A stretch of DNA of 52,247 nt, the filler included, from Sphacelaria rigidula (taxonomy: Eukaryota), in the NCBI GenBank assembly GCA_964200075.2. It is 3 parts of 3 records of this genome, joined end to end, with 100 filler letters (N's around TTAATTAATTAA, not from the genome) between each part and the next. Parts side by side here need not be neighbours in the genome. Positions count along the whole stretch, not along the records: positions 17,454 to 34,803 come from CAXNAA020001103.1; positions 34,904 to 52,247 come from CAXNAA020001104.1; 1 more part is not named here. The stretch is one strand, 5' to 3'. The notes below the pieces were generated by a model. It had not been told where the DNA came from and did not search any database. It was given only the letters and a program-made list of their open reading frames with translations. Of the stretch, positions 24,553-36,012 are shown piece by piece. Numbering within the stretch: the first letter of the stretch is position 1; every line of letters begins with the position of its first letter. The position numbers and the translations under genes were made by a program.

Positions 24553-27479
24553 CGGTGCACCGGGTGCTTCGGGTGAAAGTAACCGCCGATCCACCAAGTC
24601 CTCCGATTGAGAATAATGCTTCGTTACAAATACCCGTTCGTTTTTTGCGTCAGCCCATAACGACCTCCAGTTTCGAAGCGCCAGCTACTGGTAACACGAG
24701 AGTTTTTCCCATTTCCACGCTTCGTCCCGGTGTCTTTCGTGCAGGTTATTTGTGTCGGCAGGAAGCAATCGATTGTTCTCCAGCGGTGTTGGCTTCAACG
24801 TTCTCCGATACTGTCTGTGTAACTCAAGTCCAGCGTCGCCCTCTTGAGACAACGGGAGACCGGCCATTCTCGCTGTATCATTCTGTTTTACAACCCATCG
24901 TAGACATGCGCACTTCGGTAGACCAGTTCGTGGCACCAAGATGACGCCGAAATAATCTGCCGCTCCGCGCTTGACCAAGGAACAACACGGCATACCAAGA
25001 CTATGGGCACGAGTCGTGCAACGACTATTATACTGCAGCCTTTGATAAAATGTCCTAGGTGCTTCGTACGGTAGGACGATTTCAGGTGGAAATCAACAAC
25101 TGCGTGTAGACAACGCGTGTGTATGGAAGCGGGCGAGGGCCACCGCAGCTCTTCCCGGATAGCGTTGCAGCGCCAGGAAGCGGAAACGTCGTGGAGTTTA
25201 TGACACAATTTTTTTCAATAATGTTGTGTCATTTGATACACACTTCGGCGCCTGATCCTTCAGCACCGCAAGTTCGAAATAAGAAAATAAGCCATCTTAG
25301 TCTCCCGTAGACCACGTCCGGCACCTTGGTGTCCGTGGGAATTGTCCTTTGCCGCGTGACGTGGCAGGAGATATATACAATGCCGGCTCGCTCCAGTAGA
25401 TTTCATCACTGCTGTAACGGTGCTGACTAAAATTGAGTCCTACAGGTAACGAAAGTGAACAAGTGAACAAGCGAGAGCATGTGTGATATCGATTGCATTT
25501 TTCTGTTCAACAAAGGAAAGACAACAACAGGTAAAAGTAGCGACGGTAAACAGCTGAGGAAGAGCTGCAAGAAGCTAGGGGGTATAAGCCGTGCTTTTCA
25601 AGCAAGAATCGGGAGTAGGGTATGTGCAACAAAACTATCAATTTGGAAACGATCAAAACTCATGAAAATATCATCCGACCACACCTTTGAATAATGCCTG
25701 ACGCGGCTACGGTCATACAACCAGCTCACGATAAACAAGGTGGTGAGAGTAACAATAGAAGGTTTGAAACTGTTGTGCAGTGGGGAGAACAGACGATTAA
25801 TCCTTTAGTTACGCACCTGTGCCCTGCTGCAACCCATACAGAAGGGGGGGGTCGTGATCGGCGACAATACAAAAGCGGCGCCGGTAGGCGGAGAGATGAC
25901 GCCATACAACAAAGCCGAAGGCAGCAGAAGCGCGGAGGCCATAGTTAGTAGCCTTGCACCCCCCCGTGCTTCCGTAGGTATTTCCGTAGAAACAGGAGAT
26001 CCTGTGGCACAAGCGTGAGCACTCCTCCGTCGCCTGCGATGGTTCAATATCTGCATCACTTTGCCGACTATCTTCCACAGCCTTGTCCTTGCCCAACAGT
26101 CCTGTGGTTTCTCCTACTTGGGAATCCTTGCCGCGTGTAATCTTCAGAGCGGCTTAATCTCCGTTCCTTTTGTCCAAAACGATCTTCACCGCGCCGTCGA
26201 TACTAGCGATAACCGGACAGCTCAGTTTCGGCCACGGCGGTCCTGTGCTGCACTGTTGTCTGCTGTACTGTTTTTTGTGCGTAGCAGGATGTAGGACTTG
26301 AAAAACGCTGAGCGCGTGCGTGTCTTGAACCGACACTCTCTAGCCCTGCAAGCTCGGTGGGGGGGGGGCTGTCGAGATTGGAACAGAAAACTATGCAGCG
26401 ATCGGTTGGTCACAAGTTGATGTTGAACTTTGAACGCTGGTACCGTGACCTGTGTCAGGCTGTATCAGGCGAAGGGTATGACACGAACGGACTCTCCTTC
26501 GGGAAGGTGTGTCGTGTGTCTTCCAAAGGGTATGACAATGGAGCAATATTGTCATACTCTTTGATGTCTCGCCGCGCTGTTCTCTTTTTTTTTTTTTCGT
26601 TTCATGTTTCTCTGCACAATTTTCTCTAGACTAGCTTGGTTACTCAGACCCATAACGGAATGATAACCCTAACATCTGTTGATAACTAGTGTGGTTTGAA
26701 TTTATTTACTCATTATTTACCTCATTACTTATTCTTCGCGACATTCAAATATTGTCTCTGATAGTGACTTAGATGCTGGGGTCTTTCTTATCACTCGCAG
26801 CCGCCCGAGCACTAGGTTAAAGTCAATGTTCAGCTCCACCCTTTGTGGTACTCAAAAAGCAAGTCTGACTATTATTTTTGTAAAATGACAATAGTGCTCC
26901 GCGAACGGTAGAAAATGGCGAAATCTCTTTGTAAGGCCAAACGCCCTAGCGCTTCTCGACACCGCCTTTTGTTGTGCAAGTGCAGACGGTACTCTTCATC
27001 TTCCTCTTGGGGACGGAGAACAGTTGTGTGTCATCGGACGATGTCACCCCCTTCGCCCGAAAAGGTGGGTGTAGAGTCAAGATAAATATAGGATTTGTTT
27101 TTTTGCTCGTGTCGACCTGTAAAGATGTCATTCTCTTGTATAGACCCATGGACTCTAAACGCGGCATTCCAAATGTTTCAAGTGCTTGAGTTGCGTGATA
27201 CAGTTACGCAGCCAGCTACGAGAGCGGCCGCAGTTGCCGTACCATGGTACATAGTCAGAGAATTGTTTAAGAGGTCGGTTACTGCCAATAGATTCGCCCA
27301 GAAGCACCCAATAGCACCTCTCCAACCGATTTCCACGCAAGTCGGGAAGAGGATACACTCTACAATAGTCAGTATACACAGTTGTTTCGAAAAGTCGCAC
27401 TTTTGTGGTGAATACATACTTCGTAGTGGTCAAAATAAGCATGGAGTAGTGCGGAAATAATAGTAATAAAATAATAAGT

Positions 27480-28345
27480 TGATCGTACCCTAATCACACA
27501 ATATTTGGATCGAAGCATACCCAACTCCACGCCAAACTTGGGAGGTCACACCAAAGTGATACTTGTGCCAATATACGCTGAGATTACTCACGCAATTTTT
27601 GAGTAGAGTAATGTGATGATACGCAAATTACCGACAATTTGAGTCGAGTGTCGAGATTGTGCCCAACTCTACCCAAATTCGGGGCGGAGTATTGCGGTTG
27701 TACCCAATTCATCCAAAACTTGAGTAAAAGTAAACACGCAGGTATTGTTACTTATCCGTAATTTGGGTAGAGTATGAAAGATCGCTTGCTGAAAATGTCG
27801 GGCACACAAAAATTCTCGATTGCATCAACTGTTTCCTGTGGCACCTTGCACCCCCCTCCGGTTGCGGCGGTATACCGTAACCGCCTGTACAACACGGTTC
27901 GCGGTGAGCTATGTTGGGGTCAGGTCTAATGATTCTGACCCCACCGCGCCCGCGTCCTCGTTTTTCCGTTGGGTTTTTGGCCGCTTCTGTTGCCGTCCGT
28001 CGCGATCGTGTGATATCCATATTTACCACTATCGCTTCCGACGCTCAGTGTTACTGAGACCATACCCAAGTGATACTATATATCCCCGGGTAAGGCTGAG
28101 ATTACTCACTCATAATGAAGGTATAGAGTTGAGATCATACCCAACTAATTCAAATTTGGATAGAATTTTGAGGTCACACCCAAGTGATACTCTATACCCG
28201 GGAATTGCAGAGATTACTTACCCAATTCTTGGGTAGAGCATTTAGTTGATACCCAACTAACCCAATTTTTGTGTCAAGGGTTGAGATCGTACCCACCCTA
28301 CCCAAACCTTGGATGAGGTAAATACCCCGGTATTATACCCGGGAA
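27480..28345. repeat. Degenerate TACCCAA-rich repeat array
   Basis: Recurring gaggtcacacc(c/a)aagtgatac, gagattactca and tacccaac motifs at ~27540, ~28055 and ~28170, plus many shorter copies. Interrupted by a GC-rich segment at ~27840-28040. Confidence 0.75.
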
Positions 28346-28557
28346 CTGAAGAGTACACCCCCTACCCGACCTGCCCTTCGAAATTTTCCCCTTTCCCGGA
28401 AGAATCAAACGTTGGCTCGCCACTTTTTTCCACCCGGATTGTTGTTGTTGGGGTCGGTGGGACGGGGGCGGCTCGGCAGGCCAACGGCCATTCCGTACGG
28501 CCTGTGATTTCGACCGACCGACGGAATAAGATATGGAACAGCGTTTGTAGGGTGGGA

Positions 28558-30066
28558 ATGGAATCACCCGCGTGTAAGGAGTGGTGCACTAGGGACGAGT
28601 TGGTGGAGCTTGCAGCGGCGAAGCAGGGGTTGAGGGACCTAACAACACCCGAGCTGACCGAGGTGCTACGGGGAAAGAAGCACAAGGTGGCACTCGGTTT
28701 GGAGTCTCAGAAAATAGAGAGCGGTGACATTCTTTACAGGTTCGTTTCGGGTCCGGTTGTGTTTGCCGTTGTCTCGGTTTTTACGTTCAAAAGTGTGGGT
28801 GAGAAGGTGTTAGTTTGCTGCATTCGCGATATCTCTGATGGATGAATCGTAGTGCAGATTAATTGGCGGTACAAGGTCCTTGCTCGCCCTTGCGCATGAC
28901 CATCACGCCAAAGAAGGGGCTATCTACACGGTACCGTGCTGCGCTGTCTATTGGTAGTTGCGTCGGAAGTTTGGATTGCGTACAACATCGATTCCCTCTT
29001 ATCCCTGCCACAGCCTACCAAGTGTATGCAGTGAACTCATTTTTTATTGGCATCCTCTATGATGATGATATTTTTTGCTTTTCACAGTCGCCTGGGGTGC
29101 GTTGCGGACCAGCACTTCGCTTCGCAGCAGCTGCAATAACAGTACACGGACACACTAACGAAATGAGCTTCTCTTCACGTACGAGTATGTGTACGTGATG
29201 GCGTTTGCTCCTGGATATTTTCCGCCATCGATACGGACGTCTTCCAACGCCAAATTGCGCCCCTGCAAAGCATGCCGGGAGTCAAACTTTGTGAAGTTTA
29301 CAAAAACTGACACTCGAAATCAAAGTGATGCTGAGGGTCAAGTCCCAATGAAGTGCCTGCGAATCTGTTGATCACAGGTATTTTAGCAAATCGACCCTGA
29401 ATCAAGTAGGAACTTCTTCTAGCTCATCCGTTTGCTGTCCGTTCTCCCATTGCTCGGTCCCCAGATTCGTCGCACCACCCGAGGTAAGCATGGGCAAGGC
29501 CCCGAAGTCACCCAAAACCCCATCGAAGAAGAACACGTCATCAAAGGCGAAAACCCCGTCGAAGACGAAAACCCCGTCAAAGACAAAAACCCCGTCGAAA
29601 ATGAAACCGGCAACAGCAGCAGCCCCCGCCTCCGTATCCCCAAGGAAAAAATCCATCTCCAGACCACCCGCCACACCCAGCTCCGCGAGAAGAGTCGCCT
29701 CATCCAAAACTGTAGCAAAACAGGCAACAACAATAACAGCAGTAGGGGCAGCATCAGCGGAGACCCCGACTAGAGAAGGCAAGCAACGCCGGGGGAGAGT
29801 GGGGGGCGCTTCCGCAGGCGTGAGGAAGCGTAAGGTGTCCTTGCGCCCACGCCCCAGGAGCCCACGAGCTACTGCCGATGATGGTGGCTCTGCGACGCAG
29901 GTGACCCGTACTGCCTCGTCGCGAAAGCGTAAGGCCCCAGAAGAGTCTGATGCCATTGGAGAGATGCCAATCACGCCCTTGAGGTCGGCTATCACCAGCA
30001 AGAAGTCCCGCCTGTCTTCCGAGCGCCACCGCGGTGACCTGTCCGTTTCTTTCAAGTTTCATCCAG
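28558..30066 (+). CDS. Putative basic nuclear protein: ~60-aa N-terminal exon plus Lys/Arg/Ser/Thr/Pro-rich exon
   Basis: Exon 28558-28739 (MESPACKEWCTRDELVELAA...GDILYR|gt, phase 2) joins in frame to cag|29465-30066 (FVAPPEVSMGKAPKSPKTPSKK...KTPSKTKTPSK...RKRK). Donor at 30067, or read-through to the stop at 30155. Confidence 0.5.
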
Positions 30067-32323
30067 GTCAGGGTGGTGGCGGTGGTAGTAATGCGGCGGC
30101 TGGTGCGGGGCGCCGCGTGGGTCACGAGGGGGGCAGCTGGTGCACGATCTCTTGACTACTGGTATAATGTGGGGGTGATGCGCTGATGGGCGACGACGCG
30201 ATTCGGAGGTTCTGGGGCTCTTGTTATGGGGTACGGCAATGGGGAGATGAGAAGCCTCTAAAATTCGGCGGATTGCGGTTAGGGGGTTGAGTTCGCTAGG
30301 CCGTGGAGTGGCTGCATCACGATGTCGGAATGTGTGGTGGATGGATGGTTGCTTTGGCCGAGCTGTGCAGACGCGATTTGTTCGGACGAGGCCTCGAGGT
30401 CGGTCACCAGGCTGGGTTGAGGTTAACGCAGCGTCGTTTCATCATTTTTTGTGATACCAGCGCACATGTGTCGTCCTCGTCGCTATCATTTCTTCCTCCC
30501 TGCCCTTTACTCCCGAATGAGACCGTTGCAACCGGCAGTTTTTGTGATGCAAAGTTGTTCGCGAGTTCTGTACGTTTTGTAAAAGATTCTCGTTTTTATT
30601 TGGTTACGTCTCGTCTTCTCTTTTTGTCTTTGCCGTTGACTTTCGTTACCTGTAACCGGGAAAGTTGCGTTTGCTGAATTTCTGGTACAGTATGCTCATG
30701 TACATCCATCTACGCGGACGGTGTTGTTCGAGTAGCTAATATGTGAGTACGCTTCACCAATGCGTCTGCATTCCCCCACTCTCACAAGTCTTGGTACTAC
30801 ATTGCTCAAAACCCAATTTACGCTTCATGCATTTTCACTTCACCAGTCGGCCGGCAGCAACAGCAGATGGTGGACGGACAAGCAAAACGGTCACGTCATC
30901 TTGAAAGTAGCTTTTGTCATGGGCTCCCTGTTTTTTGTACGAAGTAGCGGTCGAATTTTTACCCACAGGGATGCTCTTGTCGTGTCGCAATAGAGGGCAT
31001 TCCTTTCCTCTAAACGTACGTAGCAAAAGCTGACACACGCAGAGCACGGGTCGTCGCTGAGCTTTAAATTGAGTTGTACACATTGCATACCCTGAGCAAT
31101 ATGTGGTTAGTAGTTGCACATAAAAAATAAAAATAAAGTTGCGTAAAGGATAGGCCTATTTTAACTAATGTCGTTTACGACAGTAGCTGCAGTAGGTCTA
31201 TACTTCTCGCAGTCGTTTTTTCTTTTGCAACTACAGACCACATCTTGTCCAGGGTGTGACACGTCGTAGGCTGATATATTACTGCGCAGTGATAGCCCCA
31301 AAGTTGATCGCTTGCGACGCTGGCAAATTTTCATGGCACACGAAGTCGGAGGACCAACGACTTCGCGCAGGGACGTTGGTTGCAGGGGAAGGTCGTGCGT
31401 GTTGGTTCTTCTTTGCTCTGAAATGTGTGGTGAAAAGTTACAGCACCTGTTACGGAAACAAGGTTGTGCTGTTTAAAGGGGTATGTGTGTAGGAGTTTGA
31501 GCCTCTGCGATATGTGGTCGGTTATAGTCAGGGTTCTATTCGATCGTGAGATAAAAGTCGATGATAAGGCAGGGGCCACAAGGCAAGTATAATTATCAAA
31601 CCGTTGATGGTGGGGGAAGCTTGAGTAGTGCGAGTTATGGGAGCAATAAGACGTGGCACGTCCACGAGTGTAGTCATGTGCTGTTTGTTTTTTGTCTGGA
31701 TGCATTCCCATGAAGATGCTTGTTCACCACTCATACCTTGGCGTCTAAATAAAGGAGTGATTCATGTGCTTGCTTGCCCTCTGCATTCTTGGAGTAGATG
31801 AAGGAAAAATTGTTTTTATCACAGAAAAGGGCTCCATTTGATTGAATCAGAGTTGCCAGTTGACGCGGAGGTACTTTGGCTGCATGGCCGATGCACTATA
31901 TTATAGTCAAATTTTACGTGTCGTTCGTGAGGGGGCTTGGGGGGTGGAGCAAGCAACCTCTCTCCAGTAGTTCCGACATGCGGTTTGTGTCGGTCGCATT
32001 ACCCTACATTGTGGAGCCCCAACGCGGTTAAGGGTGCATGTGCGTAGTGTGTACAGATGCTCGGGTAAGGAATACGACCCACGAGTAAGGTATATGAGAT
32101 TGCTCGTAAATAGCGTAGTCGCGGCAGATGAATAAAATCACGACAAAAAGAAGTCTGCAGAAGAAGAAACGTGTCACGTAATATATCGCTTCGCGGGACA
32201 CGATCGTTGACGTCTGGTTCGCCCTGAAGCTAGAGAAATGTGCCGCAGTGCGTGCGTGTTATCGCTGCGTACGCAATATCCCCCATAACCCACCCAATAT
32301 TCTTCACCTCCTCTCACGCCTCC

Positions 32324-32821
32324 TCAAGACGTCGTGCCCGGCGGAGACATCCTCATTGCGTCATCATCCTCGTCCCGAGTCGCCTGTGCGGACTCTCCCG
32401 ACGGCGGGAGGGGGATGGGCGACTGCATCATCGCGCGCGGCATTTCTTGAGTCGGCGGGAATTGACTGAGCAGCGAGGCCTCGGAGTCCTGTGGTGGCAA
32501 CAGAGAAGAGCGTGCTTCCCCTTCACCCTCGTCGATCCCTCCTGTTGCGGCGGGCCCGGGGCCGCCTGCATCCTCCTTATTGATGTTGCTGTTGCTGTTT
32601 CCGTCGTTGTTTTCGTCTCCCTTTGCGATCATTGGAGAAACGCTTCCGAAGATTATGTCGCGATCGGCATCCTCGTTATCACCGCCACTTCCACCGTCAC
32701 CGCCGCCTCCGTTTGGCTCGTCGAGGGCCCTCATTATGCTGCTGCTGTTCCGGGACACTTCTCGAACGCCGAGCTGCCCGAGGACCCCCAGGACGTCCTT
32801 CGTTGATGCGTGGTCAGTGCC
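32324..32821 (-). CDS. Terminal exon of an unidentified gene (acidic/Gly-rich low complexity)
   Basis: catag|GTDHASTKDVLGVLGQLGVREVSRN...PPGTTS-TGA; 166 codons, GC-rich and coding-like. Upstream exons not found. Confidence 0.5.
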   Translation of the reverse strand, partial: GTDHASTKDVLGVLGQLGVREVSRNSSSIMRALDEPNGGGGDGGSGGDNEDADRDIIFGSVSPMIAKGDENNDGNSNSNINKEDAGGPGPAATGGIDEGEGEARSSLLPPQDSEASLLSQFPPTQEMPRAMMQSPIPLPPSGESAQATRDEDDDAMRMSPPGTTS

Positions 32822-33725
32822 CTATGTGACGATGGAGAAACACAGGAGGGTGATCGCGGACGAGATGGTGGTATAGTGCGGGGAGGGTCGTGTATTTGCA
32901 TGAGGTTCTGTGCGTTAATGTCTTGACTTTCAGTCCCACTCGCGCTTTGTTCTGTTTTTTACTACCCTGTCAAATTCGATAGGCCTGTTGGTGAACGGCC
33001 GAATCGTGGTATGCGTGGAAGATATAAGCGACCTGCGGGCACACAAACTGGGTCTTAATTCCCTTCCCATGTTTGTTTAATGCAGTCAAGACGTAAAACT
33101 TCACTTGTTCAGGTACAGTCATACCAGGTGATGAATGTAGATTTCGTGAGCTGACGCGAGGAAGTCTAGTGCCAGGTTTCGCTCTCCCACGAAAAGATGT
33201 AGAAGCCCCAGAGTATACTTCGCCTCACCCTGAAGTGCGGTTTGCGATGTTTTGCGGGAAGACTGGGTTCAAGCGGCAAAATGATAGGCGCAGCGTTCTC
33301 GCCCATGAGAACGTAAATACTTCATAACACACGGAGGACGCTGTGTGCAAATAATTGTCTGATACTGCGGGTTCTTCAGTTATACGAGTGATTCCGCGAT
33401 AGCCCCTCCCCAAACCAGCCCCAAAACGGTCACGTAAAAAATGGCCACACCGCACATGATGGTTTCAGACTGCATGAAGCGCTTCATGTGGGCGACACTG
33501 GCGTGGGAGTTCCCAGCTGGTCGCTACGCTCGGCTTTGGTTATTTTGATGTCAGATGTCACCTCCTCAAACCAGTCGCTTTTCTGAGGGGGGACTTTCGC
33601 GGCATCAGACATTTGTCTTCCCGTATAGTAGATGCACTCCGCGGTGTTGATGGATACGTCCACGCACGGTGATGTTCGCGAAGAAGGTGCTAGGATACTT
33701 TCGTAAAGGCATCAGGCCACCGTGC

Positions 33726-33830
33726 CTAACCCTTGGACCGCGAGGTTAGTCTTCTATTGAATCGGCATCAATTTCAAGTGAAAAAAAAGTATGCATGATC
33801 CAGAAAGACTAATCTCGCCGTCTAAGGGAC
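33726..33830. mobile_element. piggyBac-like MITE
   Basis: CTAA-CCCTTGGACCGCG ... CGTCTAAGGG termini; core ttgaatcggcatcaatttca...aaagtatg(c/t)atgatccagaaagactaa near-identical to the 52046 copy. Confidence 0.7.
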
Positions 33831-33987
33831 CGTTTCACGAATTTCGTTGACTTTTTTCGATCGGAAAGCTTGAAAATCCATCCGGACCCAACTGCATCAA
33901 CTCGAGAATTTTTCACTTGAAACAATTCCATCGCTCGTTTTTTCGATCGAAAAAAAAAGTGCCAAGACATGCCCTGATTGCTACTTC

Positions 33988-34319
33988 CACACGCGGCCAT
34001 TTGGCTACCTTGAAGCTTCCTCCAGGTGGGTACACGTTTCGAGCCTCCAGAGAGATTAAACGCCTCCGGAGGGGTGCGCGGCCCTCCAGAGGAGAATTTT
34101 TCCTTCCCTCCAGAGGGGCTGGACGCCTCCGAAGGCTTTTTCTTGCCTCCGGAGGGCCGCGCATACCCCCAAATTCCTCCAGAGGGACGCGCGGCCCTCC
34201 GGGTCGGTAGAGTTTGGTCTCCTCCAGAGGGATGGAAAGCTTCCGAAGGCTTGTTTTCCCCCTGGAGGGTCGCGGATCTCTCGGAGGCATTTTGGGGTGT
34301 AGCCAAACGGCCGCGTGTG
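33988..34319. mobile_element. Non-autonomous element with 21-bp TIRs enclosing a CCTCCRGAGG palindrome array
   Basis: cacacgcggccatttggctac (33988-34008) versus gtagccaaacggccgcgtgtg (34299-34319), one mismatch; about 13 internal motif copies. Confidence 0.75.
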
Positions 34320-34422
34320 TCGTCACATGATGAAAATATTTTCCCCGGTTTGATGTTACCGTGTAATGCGTGAGAGGACCGCGTGCTTAGAGGACCGCAT
34401 CTGAATTTGAATATCCGCATGG

Positions 34423-34452
34423 TTAGGGTTAGGGTTAGGGTTAGGGTCAGGG
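34423..34452 (+). repeat. Interstitial telomere-type repeat (TTAGGG)4 + TCAGGG
   Basis: Directly visible. Confidence 0.85.
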
Positions 34453-34803
34453 GCGTGGTACTGTTCGTAGGATGGCCTGCGGTGTCCAGTAAGATACACC
34501 TAGTCAGGGTAAGGTACAACAGTATAGTGACCTGTTTGAGTTCCGGGTACTATGCAGGATGACTTTATATTGTGATGTTAGTGACTGGACGTACGTGAGT
34601 TGTGCTCGTCGCACCCTGAGACTTTGGTGCGTACTGCAGTCTCTCCCCCTTCCTTCCCTCTTCATCAACAAAGCTATATATACATTTCTACCTCATCTTG
34701 ATCGGCGGTCAGCCGTGTCCATTGATCGACTATCGCAGTCGTGTCCATTGATCGACTATCTGAGTCGAGTCTGTACCCCATCCTCTCACGGGGTCACGAA
34801 GCT

Positions 34804-34903
34804 NNNNNNNNNNNNNNNNNNNNNNNNNNNNNNNNNNNNNNNNNNNNTTAATTAATTAANNNNNNNNNNNNNNNNNNNNNNNNNNNNNNNNNNNNNNNNN
34901 NNN
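34804..34903. other. Artificial contig-join spacer
   Basis: 44 N + TTAATTAATTAA + 44 N. Confidence 0.95.
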
Positions 34904-36012
34904 CTAATGACCACGTGTTGTCTAGGGCGTAAAAAACTATGATACGGGCAAGGCGGTGCTATTTTTCGAAATATCGCCCCCCCCCCCCCCCACGAATTTT
35001 TGTGCTAGCCTGCCAGGAGATGGGGGAATATTCTCAATTCGAAAAACCAAACTTAAGGGCGTAGTCAGACCTCTCATCTAAAAAGGTATCTCATGTGACG
35101 AGAGCCCCTCTACTGAACTCCGAGTATGGGTGACTACTATTTCAAGTTATTGGCAGCAGGTCGACCGCGAGTTGGAGATACCGACGGCACTGGGACAGTA
35201 AAAAGTGAACAGACGATAGCCCGACCGCGTCGGAAAGTTGACTGAAGACCAGTTTACACCCGCAAAAACGGGCTGCAAGAACATCAAGTCATCTCAGGAG
35301 CTAGCGAGTATCGATATGCAGAGTACTTCCAAGTTGCTGGTCGGCAAGTTCCGAACATACTCCGTCTTGGACAAACTGAGAGACAGGTCTCGTTGTTGAA
35401 TTTTGAAAATGGGGAGCGATGAAACGGTTCACATCACCCAGAAGCGGGGCTCTCGGATGACCACCTCACACACAAGAGCACCCCCTCCCCTCCCCCCCGT
35501 TCCCTGAACAAGTCGTCCAAGATTCACACTCCAACGAGACAAAGGACACTTTCTACGATAGCTCCCCTCCCGAAAGTGCCTGGTTTGGGGAGGTAAAATG
35601 TTCACGTGAATCGAAATGGAAAAGACGAGCACAAGGAGCAGCTGGGAATTCCCACGCTTGGGTTCGTTCTCGTCAATGTCGCCCGTATGAGGCGCCTCAT
35701 CCAACCAGAATCTAAACATCAGGCGCTGTATGACCATTTTTTTCGTGACATTTTTGGGCTGGTTTGGGGGAGGGGCGGGGGGGCGGCTGTCGTAGAAAGT
35801 GTCGAAGGTATTGCACCAAAAGAAAAGAGGAAAACGTGCGCTGACCACGAAGAGGCAGTGACAGTCACCGTCTCTCCCAAGCACTGCTTTCGGATACCCA
35901 GGAAAAAGCCTCAACTATATCAGGCGAACGAACGACAGCAAGCAATACACAGAACAAAATATGCCACACAGCCCTCGAAAATGAACGTCTTGGCCCGCGC
36001 AACACCCCTCAC

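Noticed and set aside
24888..25208. VDFH/VYD motifs suggesting a KDZ-type transposase
   Set aside because: Order and spacing do not fit, and there is no extended ORF.
34019..34290. CRISPR-like array
   Set aside because: Repeats are only ~10 bp, linkers are 9-20 bp and partly related, there are no cas genes, the context is eukaryotic, and the array is enclosed by TIRs.
34423..34452. True telomere
   Set aside because: Only 4-5 units, with ~350 bp of ordinary sequence downstream.
33809..34519. 236-aa minus ORF
   Set aside because: Read-through of the palindrome array and TTAGGG repeats (LTLTLT); not protein-like.
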